From the NCBI GenBank assembly GCA_036505055.1, contig DASXUE010000049.1, positions 11,732 to 75,731 of the forward strand: DNA of 64,000 nucleotides, given 5' to 3'. Made by a program: the position numbers and the translations under genes. Each line of letters opens with the position of its first letter. Within the stretch, counting starts at the first letter, position 1. Shown piece after piece: positions 26,229 through 34,465 of the stretch. The stretch is from Gemmatimonadales bacterium. Its GTDB lineage: Bacteria; Gemmatimonadota; Gemmatimonadetes; Gemmatimonadales; GWC2-71-9. Under the pieces are notes generated by a model that did no database searches, was not told where the DNA came from, and saw nothing but the letters and a program-made list of their open reading frames with translations.

Positions 26229-28096
26229 GACCGGAGCTCCCGCTCCACTTCGAGTTGCCCCTCGAGCAACAGGTCGATGCCCTTGGCGACCTCGCGCGCC
26301 AGCCCTAGGTCCGTCGTCAGGCTGTGCACGCTGCCCGTGCCGGCATGCAGCCGCAGCAGATTCATGCGGATCGTTTCGAGCGCGGCGACGGCGTCGGCGA
26401 GCCGCTGCTGCACCAGCTCGCGCTCGGCGGTCAGCTCGGCGAGGATGCGGTCGTGGCGGGCGCTGATGGTCGGATCGGTACTGCTGGCTTTGGCGCCGCC
26501 CAGTACGTCTTGCAGCTCCTCGAGCCGGCGGCGCGTGCGTTGCGCGTCGTCCTCGAGCCGGTGCACGACGTCGGGAAGGTCGCGCAGCTGTCGCCGTGTC
26601 TCTTTGGGCAGTCCCTCGTACAGCTGCTCCGCCGCCATGCCGATCGACAGCTCGGTCGGCCGGTGGGTGAGGGGCGCGGGAATCGCCTTCGACCCCGCGA
26701 AGGCCCGCGCGATGCCGAAGAGCCAACGACCCAGGCGACCAGTCCACAGCCTGCCCCAGAACTCGGAGTCGACGTCGCGCCGCCGCTGCAGCATGACGAG
26801 CATCCCGAATCCCGAAGCGACGGCGATGGTGCCGAGGACGGCGGCAGGCAACGGGCTGCCCACGACCACCGCGCTCACGAACAGCCCGCCGAACGATGCG
26901 ACCGAGCTCCACTTGAGAATCCGCTCGAACAGCGACGGCCCATGGCCGACGCCGAACGCACGCTCCTCACGGCCGCGCTCGATCTCGGCCTTGAAAGCGA
27001 CGCTCAAGTCGCTGTGGCCGAAGCCGGACGTGAGGAGGCGCCGCGCCCGGTTCACGAGGACGGCGAGGGGGACCACGGTGTAGCCGCCGATGAGCGCGGC
27101 GAACCCGACCCCGACGGAGCCCGTCCACAAGCCCACGAGGGGCGCGACGAAGAGCATGGCGAACGGGTAGAGCAGCACGCCGCTGCCGTCGAGCCGGGCG
27201 TCGTGTTTGACGAACGCGCGCAGCGCCACCGGGAGCTCCCGGCGCTGTTCGAGGGCGTGGCTCAGCAGCTCGGCAAACGCCTCGGTCCCTGCCGGGCGCT
27301 CGGCGGGATCCTTGGCGAGACAGCGGTCGATCGCCTGCGCGAGGCGGCGCGGCACACCGGGACTCACGGCCGCGAGGGGCGGCGCGGGCTCGGTCACCTG
27401 CTTCGCCAGGACTTCGGTCGCCTTCGCCGCGTCGAACGGCAGGGTCGCCGAGAACGCGAAGTAGCCCACCACGCCGAGGGAGTAGAGGTCGCTGCGGGCA
27501 TCGACGGCCTCGCCCAGCGCCTGCTCCGGGCTCATGAATTCGGGCGTGCCGACGACCTCGCCGGCGACGAGGCCGCCGGCCCCTGCGACCACGCTGGCGA
27601 TCCCGAAGTCGGCGACCAGCACGCGTCCCGTCGCCTGCTCGAGCAGGATGTTGTCGGGCTTCACGTCGCGGTGGATCACGCCCTGCCCGTGCGCGTACGC
27701 GAGCGCCCAGGCGACGTCGCGCAACACGCGGGCGGCGTCGGACGGGGCCATCGGGCCGCGACGCCGCACGCGCTCGGTGAGCGTCTCTCCGTCCACGTAC
27801 GCCATGGCGAAAAACACGAATTCCCCGATCTCTTCGACCGCGTGGATGGGGATGATGTTGGGGTGGGAAAGCTTCGCGGCGGTGCGCGCCTCCCGCAGGA
27901 ACCGCTCGCGCAGCTTGGGGTCGGCGGTCTTGGAGGGAGGGAGGAGCTTGATCGCCACCGGGCGGTCGAGCCGCACCTCGCGAGCCAGGTAGACCACCCC
28001 CATCCCCCCGCGCCCCAGCTCGCGCTCCAGGGAATAGCGGCCGGCGAGGGCTGCCTGGAAATCAAGGAAGAGGGAATCGGGGCCAGGGTGCGCCAT
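26225..28096 (-). CDS. Membrane Ser/Thr protein kinase, paralog 2 (kinase + 4 TM + helical C-terminal domain)
   Basis: ATG at 28096 lies 5 nt after the paralog 3 stop. Kinase motifs GRGGMGVVY, VAIK, HRDVKPDNILL, ADFGIA, TPEFMSPE. Confidence 0.85.
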   Translation of the reverse strand: MAHPGPDSLFLDFQAALAGRYSLERELGRGGMGVVYLAREVRLDRPVAIKLLPPSKTADPKLRERFLREARTAAKLSHPNIIPIHAVEEIGEFVFFAMAYVDGETLTERVRRRGPMAPSDAARVLRDVAWALAYAHGQGVIHRDVKPDNILLEQATGRVLVADFGIASVVAGAGGLVAGEVVGTPEFMSPEQALGEAVDARSDLYSLGVVGYFAFSATLPFDAAKATEVLAKQVTEPAPPLAAVSPGVPRRLAQAIDRCLAKDPAERPAGTEAFAELLSHALEQRRELPVALRAFVKHDARLDGSGVLLYPFAMLFVAPLVGLWTGSVGVGFAALIGGYTVVPLAVLVNRARRLLTSGFGHSDLSVAFKAEIERGREERAFGVGHGPSLFERILKWSSVASFGGLFVSAVVVGSPLPAAVLGTIAVASGFGMLVMLQRRRDVDSEFWGRLWTGRLGRWLFGIARAFAGSKAIPAPLTHRPTELSIGMAAEQLYEGLPKETRRQLRDLPDVVHRLEDDAQRTRRRLEELQDVLGGAKASSTDPTISARHDRILAELTAERELVQQRLADAVAALETIRMNLLRLHAGTGSVHSLTTDLGLAREVAKGIDLLLEGQLEVERELRS

Positions 28097-28101
28097 GCCC
28101 C

Positions 28102-29577
28102 TTATTCTAACGCTCGATGAGCCCCCGCAAGGCGGAACAGCCAGCGTCCCGCCGCGCCGCGCCAGAAACGCAGCCGCCGCGCGCCGCGCGGATCGGTGCG
28201 CTGCTCCGTGCGGGCACGGGCCGCGGCCGCCGTCAGGAGGGCAAACGCCGCGGCGGCCGCCGCCGTTTGCCATTGGAGAGGAATGCGGCCTTCGGGCGAG
28301 AGCACCGCAACGGCCGCGGTGGCCAGGGCCAATCGCGACAGCCACGCCAGCACGCGCTCGAACGCCGGCGGGACGGCTCCGTAGACGAACGCGAGCTCTT
28401 CGAGCCGCCGCGCCCGCGCAGCATCGAGGGCCGATACCAGCTCCTCGCGCCGGTGACCGGCGTCGAGCAGCCACCGCACGCGGCGCACCGCGAACCAGCA
28501 CGGCAGCAGCGCCGCCAGCACGAGCGCCCCCCCCCCCAGGGCGCCCACCCGCCACGGGATGTCGGCGGCGTACAGCCAGGCGTAGAGCACCGCGGGCACG
28601 AGCCCCACGCCCACGAGCGTGACGTACCAGAAGGCGAGTGGGGCGAGGTGCTTGCCCCGCATCAGAAACGCCCGCACCGCGAGCGGGGGCGGAGGCGGCT
28701 CGACGGCATCGATGACGGCGCGCACCAGCGCGGCCGCGTCCGCGAACCGCGCCCACGGGTCTTTGGCGAGACAGCGATCGACGACTCGCGCGAGACGCGT
28801 GGGCACGCTCGGGGCCAGGCTAAGGAGCGGCGGCGCCGGGTCCGCGATGTGGAGCGCGAGCAGCGCCGCGTCGCTCGGCGCCTCGAACGGTAGCCGTCCC
28901 GCCAGCGCGTAGTACGCGACCACGCCCAGCGAATAGATGTCGCTCCGCTGATCCACCGGATCCCCGCGGGCCTGCTCCGGGCTCATGAACGCAGCGGTGC
29001 CGATCACGGCCGACCTGCCGGCGCGGGCGCCCCCCGTCCCGCCCCTCCCCCCCCGCCCCACCTGGGCAATGCCGAAGTCCGAAAGGAGGGTACGTCCGGT
29101 GGCGGCGTCGATGAGGATGTTGTCCGGCTTCACGTCTCGATGCACCACGCCGCGGCCATGCGCGTAGGCCAGCGCCTCGCCGATCTCCCGCAGAAGGCGC
29201 CCCGCGTCCCGCGGCGGGAGCGGACCCAGCCGCGCCACGCGCGCGGCCAGCGTCTCGCCGGCGACGTGGGCCATGGCGAAGATGACGAACTCCCCGCCCC
29301 CGGGCTCGTCCACTGCGAAGACGGGCACGATGTGGGGATGGCTGAGCCCCGCGGCCGTGCGCGCCTCGTGCAGGAAGCGTTGGCGGCACGCGGCGTCCAC
29401 GCTCAGGTCCGGGGTCAGCACCTTGATGGCGACGGCGCGGTCGAGCGCCCGCTCGCGCGCCAGGTAGACGACGCCCATCCCGCCGCGGCCGATCGGCTGT
29501 TGCAGATCGTAGCGGTCGGCGAGGGCTCGGCGCAGCGCGGGGAAGGCGGGGTCGGTGGAGTGGCGCGCGAACGTCAT
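28102..29577 (-). CDS. Membrane Ser/Thr protein kinase, paralog 3 (kinase + 4 TM, lacks the C-terminal helical domain)
   Basis: ATG at 29577 (MTFARHSTDP...). Kinase motifs GRGGMGVVY, VAIK, HRDVKPDNILI, SDFGIA, TAAFMSPE. A Gly/Arg-rich insert sits in the activation segment. The protein ends right after the conserved FWRGAAGRWLFRLAG motif. Confidence 0.8.
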   Translation of the reverse strand: MTFARHSTDPAFPALRRALADRYDLQQPIGRGGMGVVYLARERALDRAVAIKVLTPDLSVDAACRQRFLHEARTAAGLSHPHIVPVFAVDEPGGGEFVIFAMAHVAGETLAARVARLGPLPPRDAGRLLREIGEALAYAHGRGVVHRDVKPDNILIDAATGRTLLSDFGIAQVGRGGRGGTGGARAGRSAVIGTAAFMSPEQARGDPVDQRSDIYSLGVVAYYALAGRLPFEAPSDAALLALHIADPAPPLLSLAPSVPTRLARVVDRCLAKDPWARFADAAALVRAVIDAVEPPPPPLAVRAFLMRGKHLAPLAFWYVTLVGVGLVPAVLYAWLYAADIPWRVGALGGGALVLAALLPCWFAVRRVRWLLDAGHRREELVSALDAARARRLEELAFVYGAVPPAFERVLAWLSRLALATAAVAVLSPEGRIPLQWQTAAAAAAFALLTAAAARARTEQRTDPRGARRLRFWRGAAGRWLFRLAGAHRALE

Positions 29578-29659
29578 CGGCGCACGTGCATACCCCGCGC
29601 CTGATGCGCAAGTTCGCGGCGCGACTGGACAGGGTCCCGAGTCGAGTCCAAGATAGCGC

Positions 29660-31837
29660 ATGACCGACCATCAGCCGTACGTACCCGCGTCGCAATCGCC
29701 TGCCGAACTCACGCCTCGCGCGCTGATGCTCGGCGTCGCTCTCGGGCTGATCTTCGGGGCCTCCAACGTCTACCTCGCGCTGAAAATCGGCCTCACGGTG
29801 AGCGCGTCGATTCCGATCGCGGTGTTGTCGATCACGATCTTCCGCGCCCTCGGCCGCGCCACGATCCTGGAGAACAACATCGTCCAGACCACGGGGTCGG
29901 CGGCCGATTCGGTGTCGGCCGGCGTCGTGTTCACGATCCCCGCGATTCTCCTGATGGGCTACGACCTGGACATCTCCCGGGTCGCGATCCTGGCCGTGGC
30001 CGGCGGGTTGATGGGCGTGTTGATGATGATCCCGCTGCGCCGCGCGCTGATCGTGAAGGAGCACGGGAACCTCCCCTACCCCGAGGGCACGGCCTGCGCC
30101 GAGGTGCTGATCGCGGGAGAGCGCGGCGGCGTGCACGCCAGGACGGTGTTCCAGGCGTTCGGGATCGCGTTTCTCTACAAGTTCCTGATGACGGCGCTGA
30201 AGCTGTGGCAGGAGTACCCGGGCCGCGTGCTCCGTTCGTACCAGAGCGCCGAAGTGCGCGTGGAAGCGAGCCCCGAGCTGCTGGGCGTCGGGTACATCAT
30301 CGGGCCGCGCATCGCGGGCTACCTGTTCGCCGGCGGGTGCCTCGCGTACGTCGTGTTGATGCCGGCGATCAAGTTGTTCGGCAGCGCGATGACGGAGCCG
30401 ATGTTCGGCACCACCAAGCTGATTCGCGACATGAACGCCGGCGAGATCCGGGCCGCCTTCGTCTTCTACATCGGCGCGGGCGCGGTGGCGACCGCGGGGA
30501 TCATCGCGCTGGCACGTTCTCTCCCGACGATCGTCTCGGCCTTCCGCGCCGGCTTCGCCGATATGAAGGCGAGCCCCGTGGGCCAGGCATTGGCGGCGCG
30601 CCTCCGCACCGACGACGACCTGCCGGTCGGCATCACCGTGTTCGGCTCGGTCGGGCTCGCGATCGTGCTCGCGTTCCTGCCCCAGATCGGCGTGAACCTG
30701 CTCGGCGCCGTGCTCATCATCATCTTCGGGTTCTTTTTCACGACCGTTTCGTCGCGGATCTGCGGGCAGGTCGGCAGCTCGGCCAACCCCATCTCCGGCA
30801 TGACGATCGCCGCCCTGATCGCGATCTCCTTTATCTTCTTGCTGCTCGGCTGGACGCAGATCGACGACCGCGTGCGGGCGATCTCGGTCGCCTGCGTGAT
30901 CGCGGTCGCGGTCGCGAACGGCGGCAACACGTCGCAAGACCTGAAGACCGGATTCCTCGTAGGGGCGACGCCGCGACGCCAGCAAATCGCGATTCTCGTC
31001 GGGGCGATCGGATCGGCGCTGGCGGTCGGCTGGACGCTGACCTTCCTGAACAACGCGTATCGATATCAGGTCCCCGAGACCCGGCCGGGATTCGTGGCCC
31101 CGGCGAGCGGCAGCACCCCGGACGGCAACGTCGTCGTGCTCGACGAAACGATGTCGCACTTCGGCGTCGGCGGCACAGACTCGATCGATACGAACACCTA
31201 CCAGGTCGTGCGCGTGTACCTGCCGACGCAGGGCGTACCTCCCGGGAAATACCTCGTCGATCCGGCCTCGCACGAGATCCGCTACGTCGTGGATCCGGGC
31301 ATCGGCGGACGGTTCCGCGAGTACGCCGGGCACGAGCTCAAGCGGCTCGACTCCCCCAAGGCGACCCTGATGGCGCTGATCACGGATGGGATCCTCACGC
31401 ATCGCCTGCCGTGGGCGCTGGTGCTGATCGGCGTGTTCCTCACCATCGCGATCGAGCTGATGGGGGTGTCCTCCCTCCCGGTAGCCGTGGGCGTGTATCT
31501 GCCGCTCACGACGTCCGCGGGCATGTTCGCTGGCGGCATCGTGCGGTGGCTGGTCGAGCGGCGGGTCCAGTCCGACAATCGCTCGATGGCCGAGGTCGAG
31601 TCGGGGCCCGGCGTGCTGTTCGCGAGCGGCCTGATCGCCGGCGGGGCGATCTGCGGGATCGCCGTCGCGGCGATCGCCGGCTGGGGCAGCGCGCACGGCA
31701 AGGCGGCCGACTGGCTGGCCGAAGCGGCAGGCCTGTACCATGCGCTGGGCGCCGTCGCGACGTCGAGTCTCGTCGGCCTCGCGCTGTTCGCCGTCCTGGG
31801 CGTCCTGCTCTACCGGACCGGCCTGCGGAAAACCTGA
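29660..31837 (+). CDS. OPT-family oligopeptide transporter
   Basis: 725-aa polytopic protein. N-terminal ELTPRALMLGVALGLIFGASNVYLALKIGLTVSASIP is typical of the OPT superfamily. Confidence 0.85.
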   Translation: MTDHQPYVPASQSPAELTPRALMLGVALGLIFGASNVYLALKIGLTVSASIPIAVLSITIFRALGRATILENNIVQTTGSAADSVSAGVVFTIPAILLMGYDLDISRVAILAVAGGLMGVLMMIPLRRALIVKEHGNLPYPEGTACAEVLIAGERGGVHARTVFQAFGIAFLYKFLMTALKLWQEYPGRVLRSYQSAEVRVEASPELLGVGYIIGPRIAGYLFAGGCLAYVVLMPAIKLFGSAMTEPMFGTTKLIRDMNAGEIRAAFVFYIGAGAVATAGIIALARSLPTIVSAFRAGFADMKASPVGQALAARLRTDDDLPVGITVFGSVGLAIVLAFLPQIGVNLLGAVLIIIFGFFFTTVSSRICGQVGSSANPISGMTIAALIAISFIFLLLGWTQIDDRVRAISVACVIAVAVANGGNTSQDLKTGFLVGATPRRQQIAILVGAIGSALAVGWTLTFLNNAYRYQVPETRPGFVAPASGSTPDGNVVVLDETMSHFGVGGTDSIDTNTYQVVRVYLPTQGVPPGKYLVDPASHEIRYVVDPGIGGRFREYAGHELKRLDSPKATLMALITDGILTHRLPWALVLIGVFLTIAIELMGVSSLPVAVGVYLPLTTSAGMFAGGIVRWLVERRVQSDNRSMAEVESGPGVLFASGLIAGGAICGIAVAAIAGWGSAHGKAADWLAEAAGLYHALGAVATSSLVGLALFAVLGVLLYRTGLRKT

Positions 31838-31843
31838 TTCCCG

Positions 31844-32701
31844 ATGCGCGTCGTCTCGCTCCTCCCCGCTGCGACCGAGATCGTGGCGGCGATCGGAGCG
31901 GCGGATCGGCTGGTCGGCGTGTCGCACGAGTGCGACTGGCCCGAGGGCGCCGTGCGCGATCGCCCGCGGGTCACGCGGACGTGGATCGATACGAGCCTCC
32001 CCTCGCGCGCCATCGACCGGCAGGTGTCGCAGGCGGGCGGCAGTCGCCCACCGATCGAGCTGGACCTGGAGGCGCTGCGCCGGGCGAGGCCGGATATTCT
32101 GATCGGCCAGGCGGTGTGCGAGGTGTGCGCCGTGGGCGCAGGGGAAATGGCTCGAGCCCTGGGCGCGCTGGAGGCCGCGCCGCGCGTCGTCACGCTGCAC
32201 GCCCACGACCTGGCCGGCGTCTGGAACGACATCGGGCGCGTGGGCGAAGCGCTGGACCTGTCGGGGGAAGCGGAGGAGCTGGTGGCCGGGTTGCGCTACA
32301 GGCTGCGGCGCCTGCACCACCACATCCCGCATCCCGCATCACGTATCCCGCGGGTCCTGGTGGTGGAATGGCTCGAGCCGCCCTACGTCGCCGGCCACTG
32401 GGTCCCGGAACTGGTGACGGCCGCCGGCGGCGTTGACGTGGCTGCTCGGCACGGTGACCGCTCGTTGATGCGGCCGTGGGCGGAACTCCGCGACCTGTCC
32501 CCGGAGATCGTGGTGATCGCGCTGTGCGGGTTTGACGTCCCCCGCGCGCGCCGCGAGCTGGCGGCGACCACTGACCCCGACGCCCAGGCGCTGTTCGCCT
32601 CGGCCCGGGTCGTGTTTCTCGACGGGAACGCCTACACGTCGCGCCCCGGACCCCGCCTCGTGGAAGGGGCGGAGATCCTTGCGGGGTTGATCCACGGTTG
32701 A
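31844..32701 (+). CDS. BtuF/FhuD-like periplasmic-binding-protein-fold protein without signal peptide
   Basis: Motifs RVVSLLPAATEIVAAIGAADRLVGVSHECDWP and RPDILIGQ. It contains an in-frame copy of the heptamer repeat (HHHIPHPASRIPRV). Confidence 0.6.
   Translation: MRVVSLLPAATEIVAAIGAADRLVGVSHECDWPEGAVRDRPRVTRTWIDTSLPSRAIDRQVSQAGGSRPPIELDLEALRRARPDILIGQAVCEVCAVGAGEMARALGALEAAPRVVTLHAHDLAGVWNDIGRVGEALDLSGEAEELVAGLRYRLRRLHHHIPHPASRIPRVLVVEWLEPPYVAGHWVPELVTAAGGVDVAARHGDRSLMRPWAELRDLSPEIVVIALCGFDVPRARRELAATTDPDAQALFASARVVFLDGNAYTSRPGPRLVEGAEILAGLIHG
32329..32353. repeat. Half-copy of the GCATCCC-heptamer repeat family, in-frame inside a CDS
   Basis: CACATCCCGCATCCCGCATCACGTATCCCGCG encodes HIPHPASRIP. 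Confidence 0.7.
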
Positions 32702-32726
32702 TACTCATGCGGAAAGTGGAGACGAC

Positions 32727-33797
32727 ATGACGAATGCGACGTTCGGATTCCTGAAGAAACTGCTCGACACCGCGGGCCCTTCCGGCTTCGAGCACGCGCC
32801 GGCGCGGGTGTGGCGCGAGGAGGTCCGTGGCTTCGCCGACGACGTCCAGGCCGACGTGCACGGCAACTCGATCGCGGCGCTGAACCCAAAAGGGAAGCCG
32901 CGCCTCATGCTCGCCGGCCACATCGACGAGATCGGCCTGCAGGTCACGCACGTCGACGACGAAGGCTTCCTGTACTTCAGCGGGATCGGCGGGTGGGATT
33001 CGCAGGTGCTGGTCGGGCAGCGGGTGTTGCTGATCGGCCGCCACGGGCCGGTGCGCGGCGTGATCGGCAAGAAGGCGATCCATCAGCTCAAGAAGGAAGA
33101 GCTGGACAAAGTGAGCAAGGTGGCCGACCTGTGGATCGACATCGGCGCGGCGAATAAGGCAGAGGCGTCGGAGCGGGTGCGCGTGGGAGACCCCGGGGTG
33201 CTCGACACGCAGGTCCAAGAGTATCCCAACGGGCGCGTCGTGTCCCGCAGCATCGACAACCGCATCGGCGCGTACGTGGTGGCGGAGGCCGTGCGCCGGC
33301 TCGCCGCTGATCGCCCCAAGCACGCGGCGGTGTTCGCCGTGGCCACGACGCGCGAGGAGATCGCCTGGTGGGGCGGCGGGGCGCGGACCAGCGCGGCGGG
33401 CCTCGATCCGCAGGTGGCGCTCGTGGTGGACGTGACGCACGCGACCGACTACCCGGGGGCGGAAAAGAAGCAGACCGGCGACCACCGCATCGGCGGTGGG
33501 GTGGTGCTGTCACGCGGCTCGTCGGTCAGCTCGGTGGTGTTCGACCTGCTGGTCGAGTGTGCCGAGCGCGAAGCGATCGCGTACACCATCCAGGCCGCGC
33601 CTCTCGACACGGGGACGGACGCCGACGCGATCTACAACGCGCTCCGCGGGATTCCCACCGGTCTCGTGAGCGTGCCCAACCGCTACATGCACAGTCCCAA
33701 CGAGATGGTGGCGCTCGCCGATCTCGATCGGGCGGCCGCCCTGCTCGCCGCGTTCGCCCGCCGGATCGAGCCCGGCACGGACTTCGTGCCGAGCTAG
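32727..33797 (+). CDS. M42-family metallo-aminopeptidase (FrvX/CelM-like)
   Basis: Motifs FLKKLLDTAGPSGFE, MLAGHIDEIGLQVTHVDDEGFL and SVPNRYMHSPNEM. Confidence 0.85.
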   Translation: MTNATFGFLKKLLDTAGPSGFEHAPARVWREEVRGFADDVQADVHGNSIAALNPKGKPRLMLAGHIDEIGLQVTHVDDEGFLYFSGIGGWDSQVLVGQRVLLIGRHGPVRGVIGKKAIHQLKKEELDKVSKVADLWIDIGAANKAEASERVRVGDPGVLDTQVQEYPNGRVVSRSIDNRIGAYVVAEAVRRLAADRPKHAAVFAVATTREEIAWWGGGARTSAAGLDPQVALVVDVTHATDYPGAEKKQTGDHRIGGGVVLSRGSSVSSVVFDLLVECAEREAIAYTIQAAPLDTGTDADAIYNALRGIPTGLVSVPNRYMHSPNEMVALADLDRAAALLAAFARRIEPGTDFVPS

Positions 33798-33802
33798 TCC
33801 CC

Positions 33803-34423
33803 TCACTCCGCTTTGCCCGATCCGCCCGACAGGAACGCCGAGAGCGCGGCGATCGCCGGCTCGGAGAGTCCCAGGTTCGGCATCTTCTGCGTCCGCATCG
33901 CCGGGTTGGCGAGGAACTGGCGCAGATAATCGGCGCCCAGGCGCTTCTCGGTGAGATCCGGTCCGGCCGCGACCATCCCCGATCCGGGCACACTCGCGTG
34001 CACGTGGCAAGCGACGCAGCCCTTGGCGGCGAACAACCGCCGGCCGCGCTCGGCGGCAGCGAGAGCGACGGGTGCGGTGCCGCCCGGCGCGATGACCGCC
34101 ATCGGCAGCAGCGTCACGCGGCTGTTCCCGAATCCCGAGTGAATCGTGATCGTCCACTCACCCGCTTGTGGCAGGTTCAACGTTGCGGTGTAGCGGCCCG
34201 CGTCGCCGCTCCGCGCTGCCGTCGCGGCGATCGTCTCCTGCCCCCGCGCCTCCGCTTCCACCCGCGGCTCGAGGCCGTTCAGGGGCGTGAAGCCGTGCTG
34301 GCGAACGACGAAGGTCAGCGTGAGCGGCTGCCGGGCCACCGCGTAGTCCGGCAGATCGTCGAGGCTGATCGATGCCCAACCGCCGAATGCGGCGAGCAGA
34401 GAAAAGAGGAACCAGGCGGGCAT
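33803..34423 (-). CDS. Membrane-anchored c-type cytochrome with an N-terminal Ig-like (FixH/YtkA-like) domain
   Basis: N-terminal TM helix. Single heme motif CVACH followed by a distal MPNLGLS. Confidence 0.7.
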   Translation of the reverse strand: MPAWFLFSLLAAFGGWASISLDDLPDYAVARQPLTLTFVVRQHGFTPLNGLEPRVEAEARGQETIAATAARSGDAGRYTATLNLPQAGEWTITIHSGFGNSRVTLLPMAVIAPGGTAPVALAAAERGRRLFAAKGCVACHVHASVPGSGMVAAGPDLTEKRLGADYLRQFLANPAMRTQKMPNLGLSEPAIAALSAFLSGGSGKAE

Positions 34424-34465
34424 AGCCGTCTCCTTGGAAGGTCGCCTGGTTAGATGCCGCGGGGC

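Noticed and set aside
26801-26822. CATCCCGAATCCCGAAGCG inside kinase 2, resembling the heptamer repeat
   Set aside because: It differs at the diagnostic positions (A instead of C), encodes a hydrophobic TM segment (GFGMLVM), and has no inverted partner. It is probably chance similarity.
26229-26912. Long N-terminal extensions of the kinase ORFs (24423..26912 as 829 aa; 26225..28756 as 843 aa; alternative start of kinase 3 at 29661)
   Set aside because: The extensions are Arg/Ala/Gly-rich and overlap the C-terminal coding region of the upstream paralog in another frame. The kinase domains begin right after internal starts at 26228 (GTG), 28096 (ATG) and 29577 (ATG), which give tight operon junctions.
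28820-32332. 1170-aa ORF on the minus strand, the second-longest ORF in the track
   Set aside because: It lies entirely antisense to kinase 3 and the OPT transporter. Its translation is Arg/Gly/Pro/Asp-rich low-complexity sequence with no motifs. This is a typical shadow ORF of a high-GC genome.
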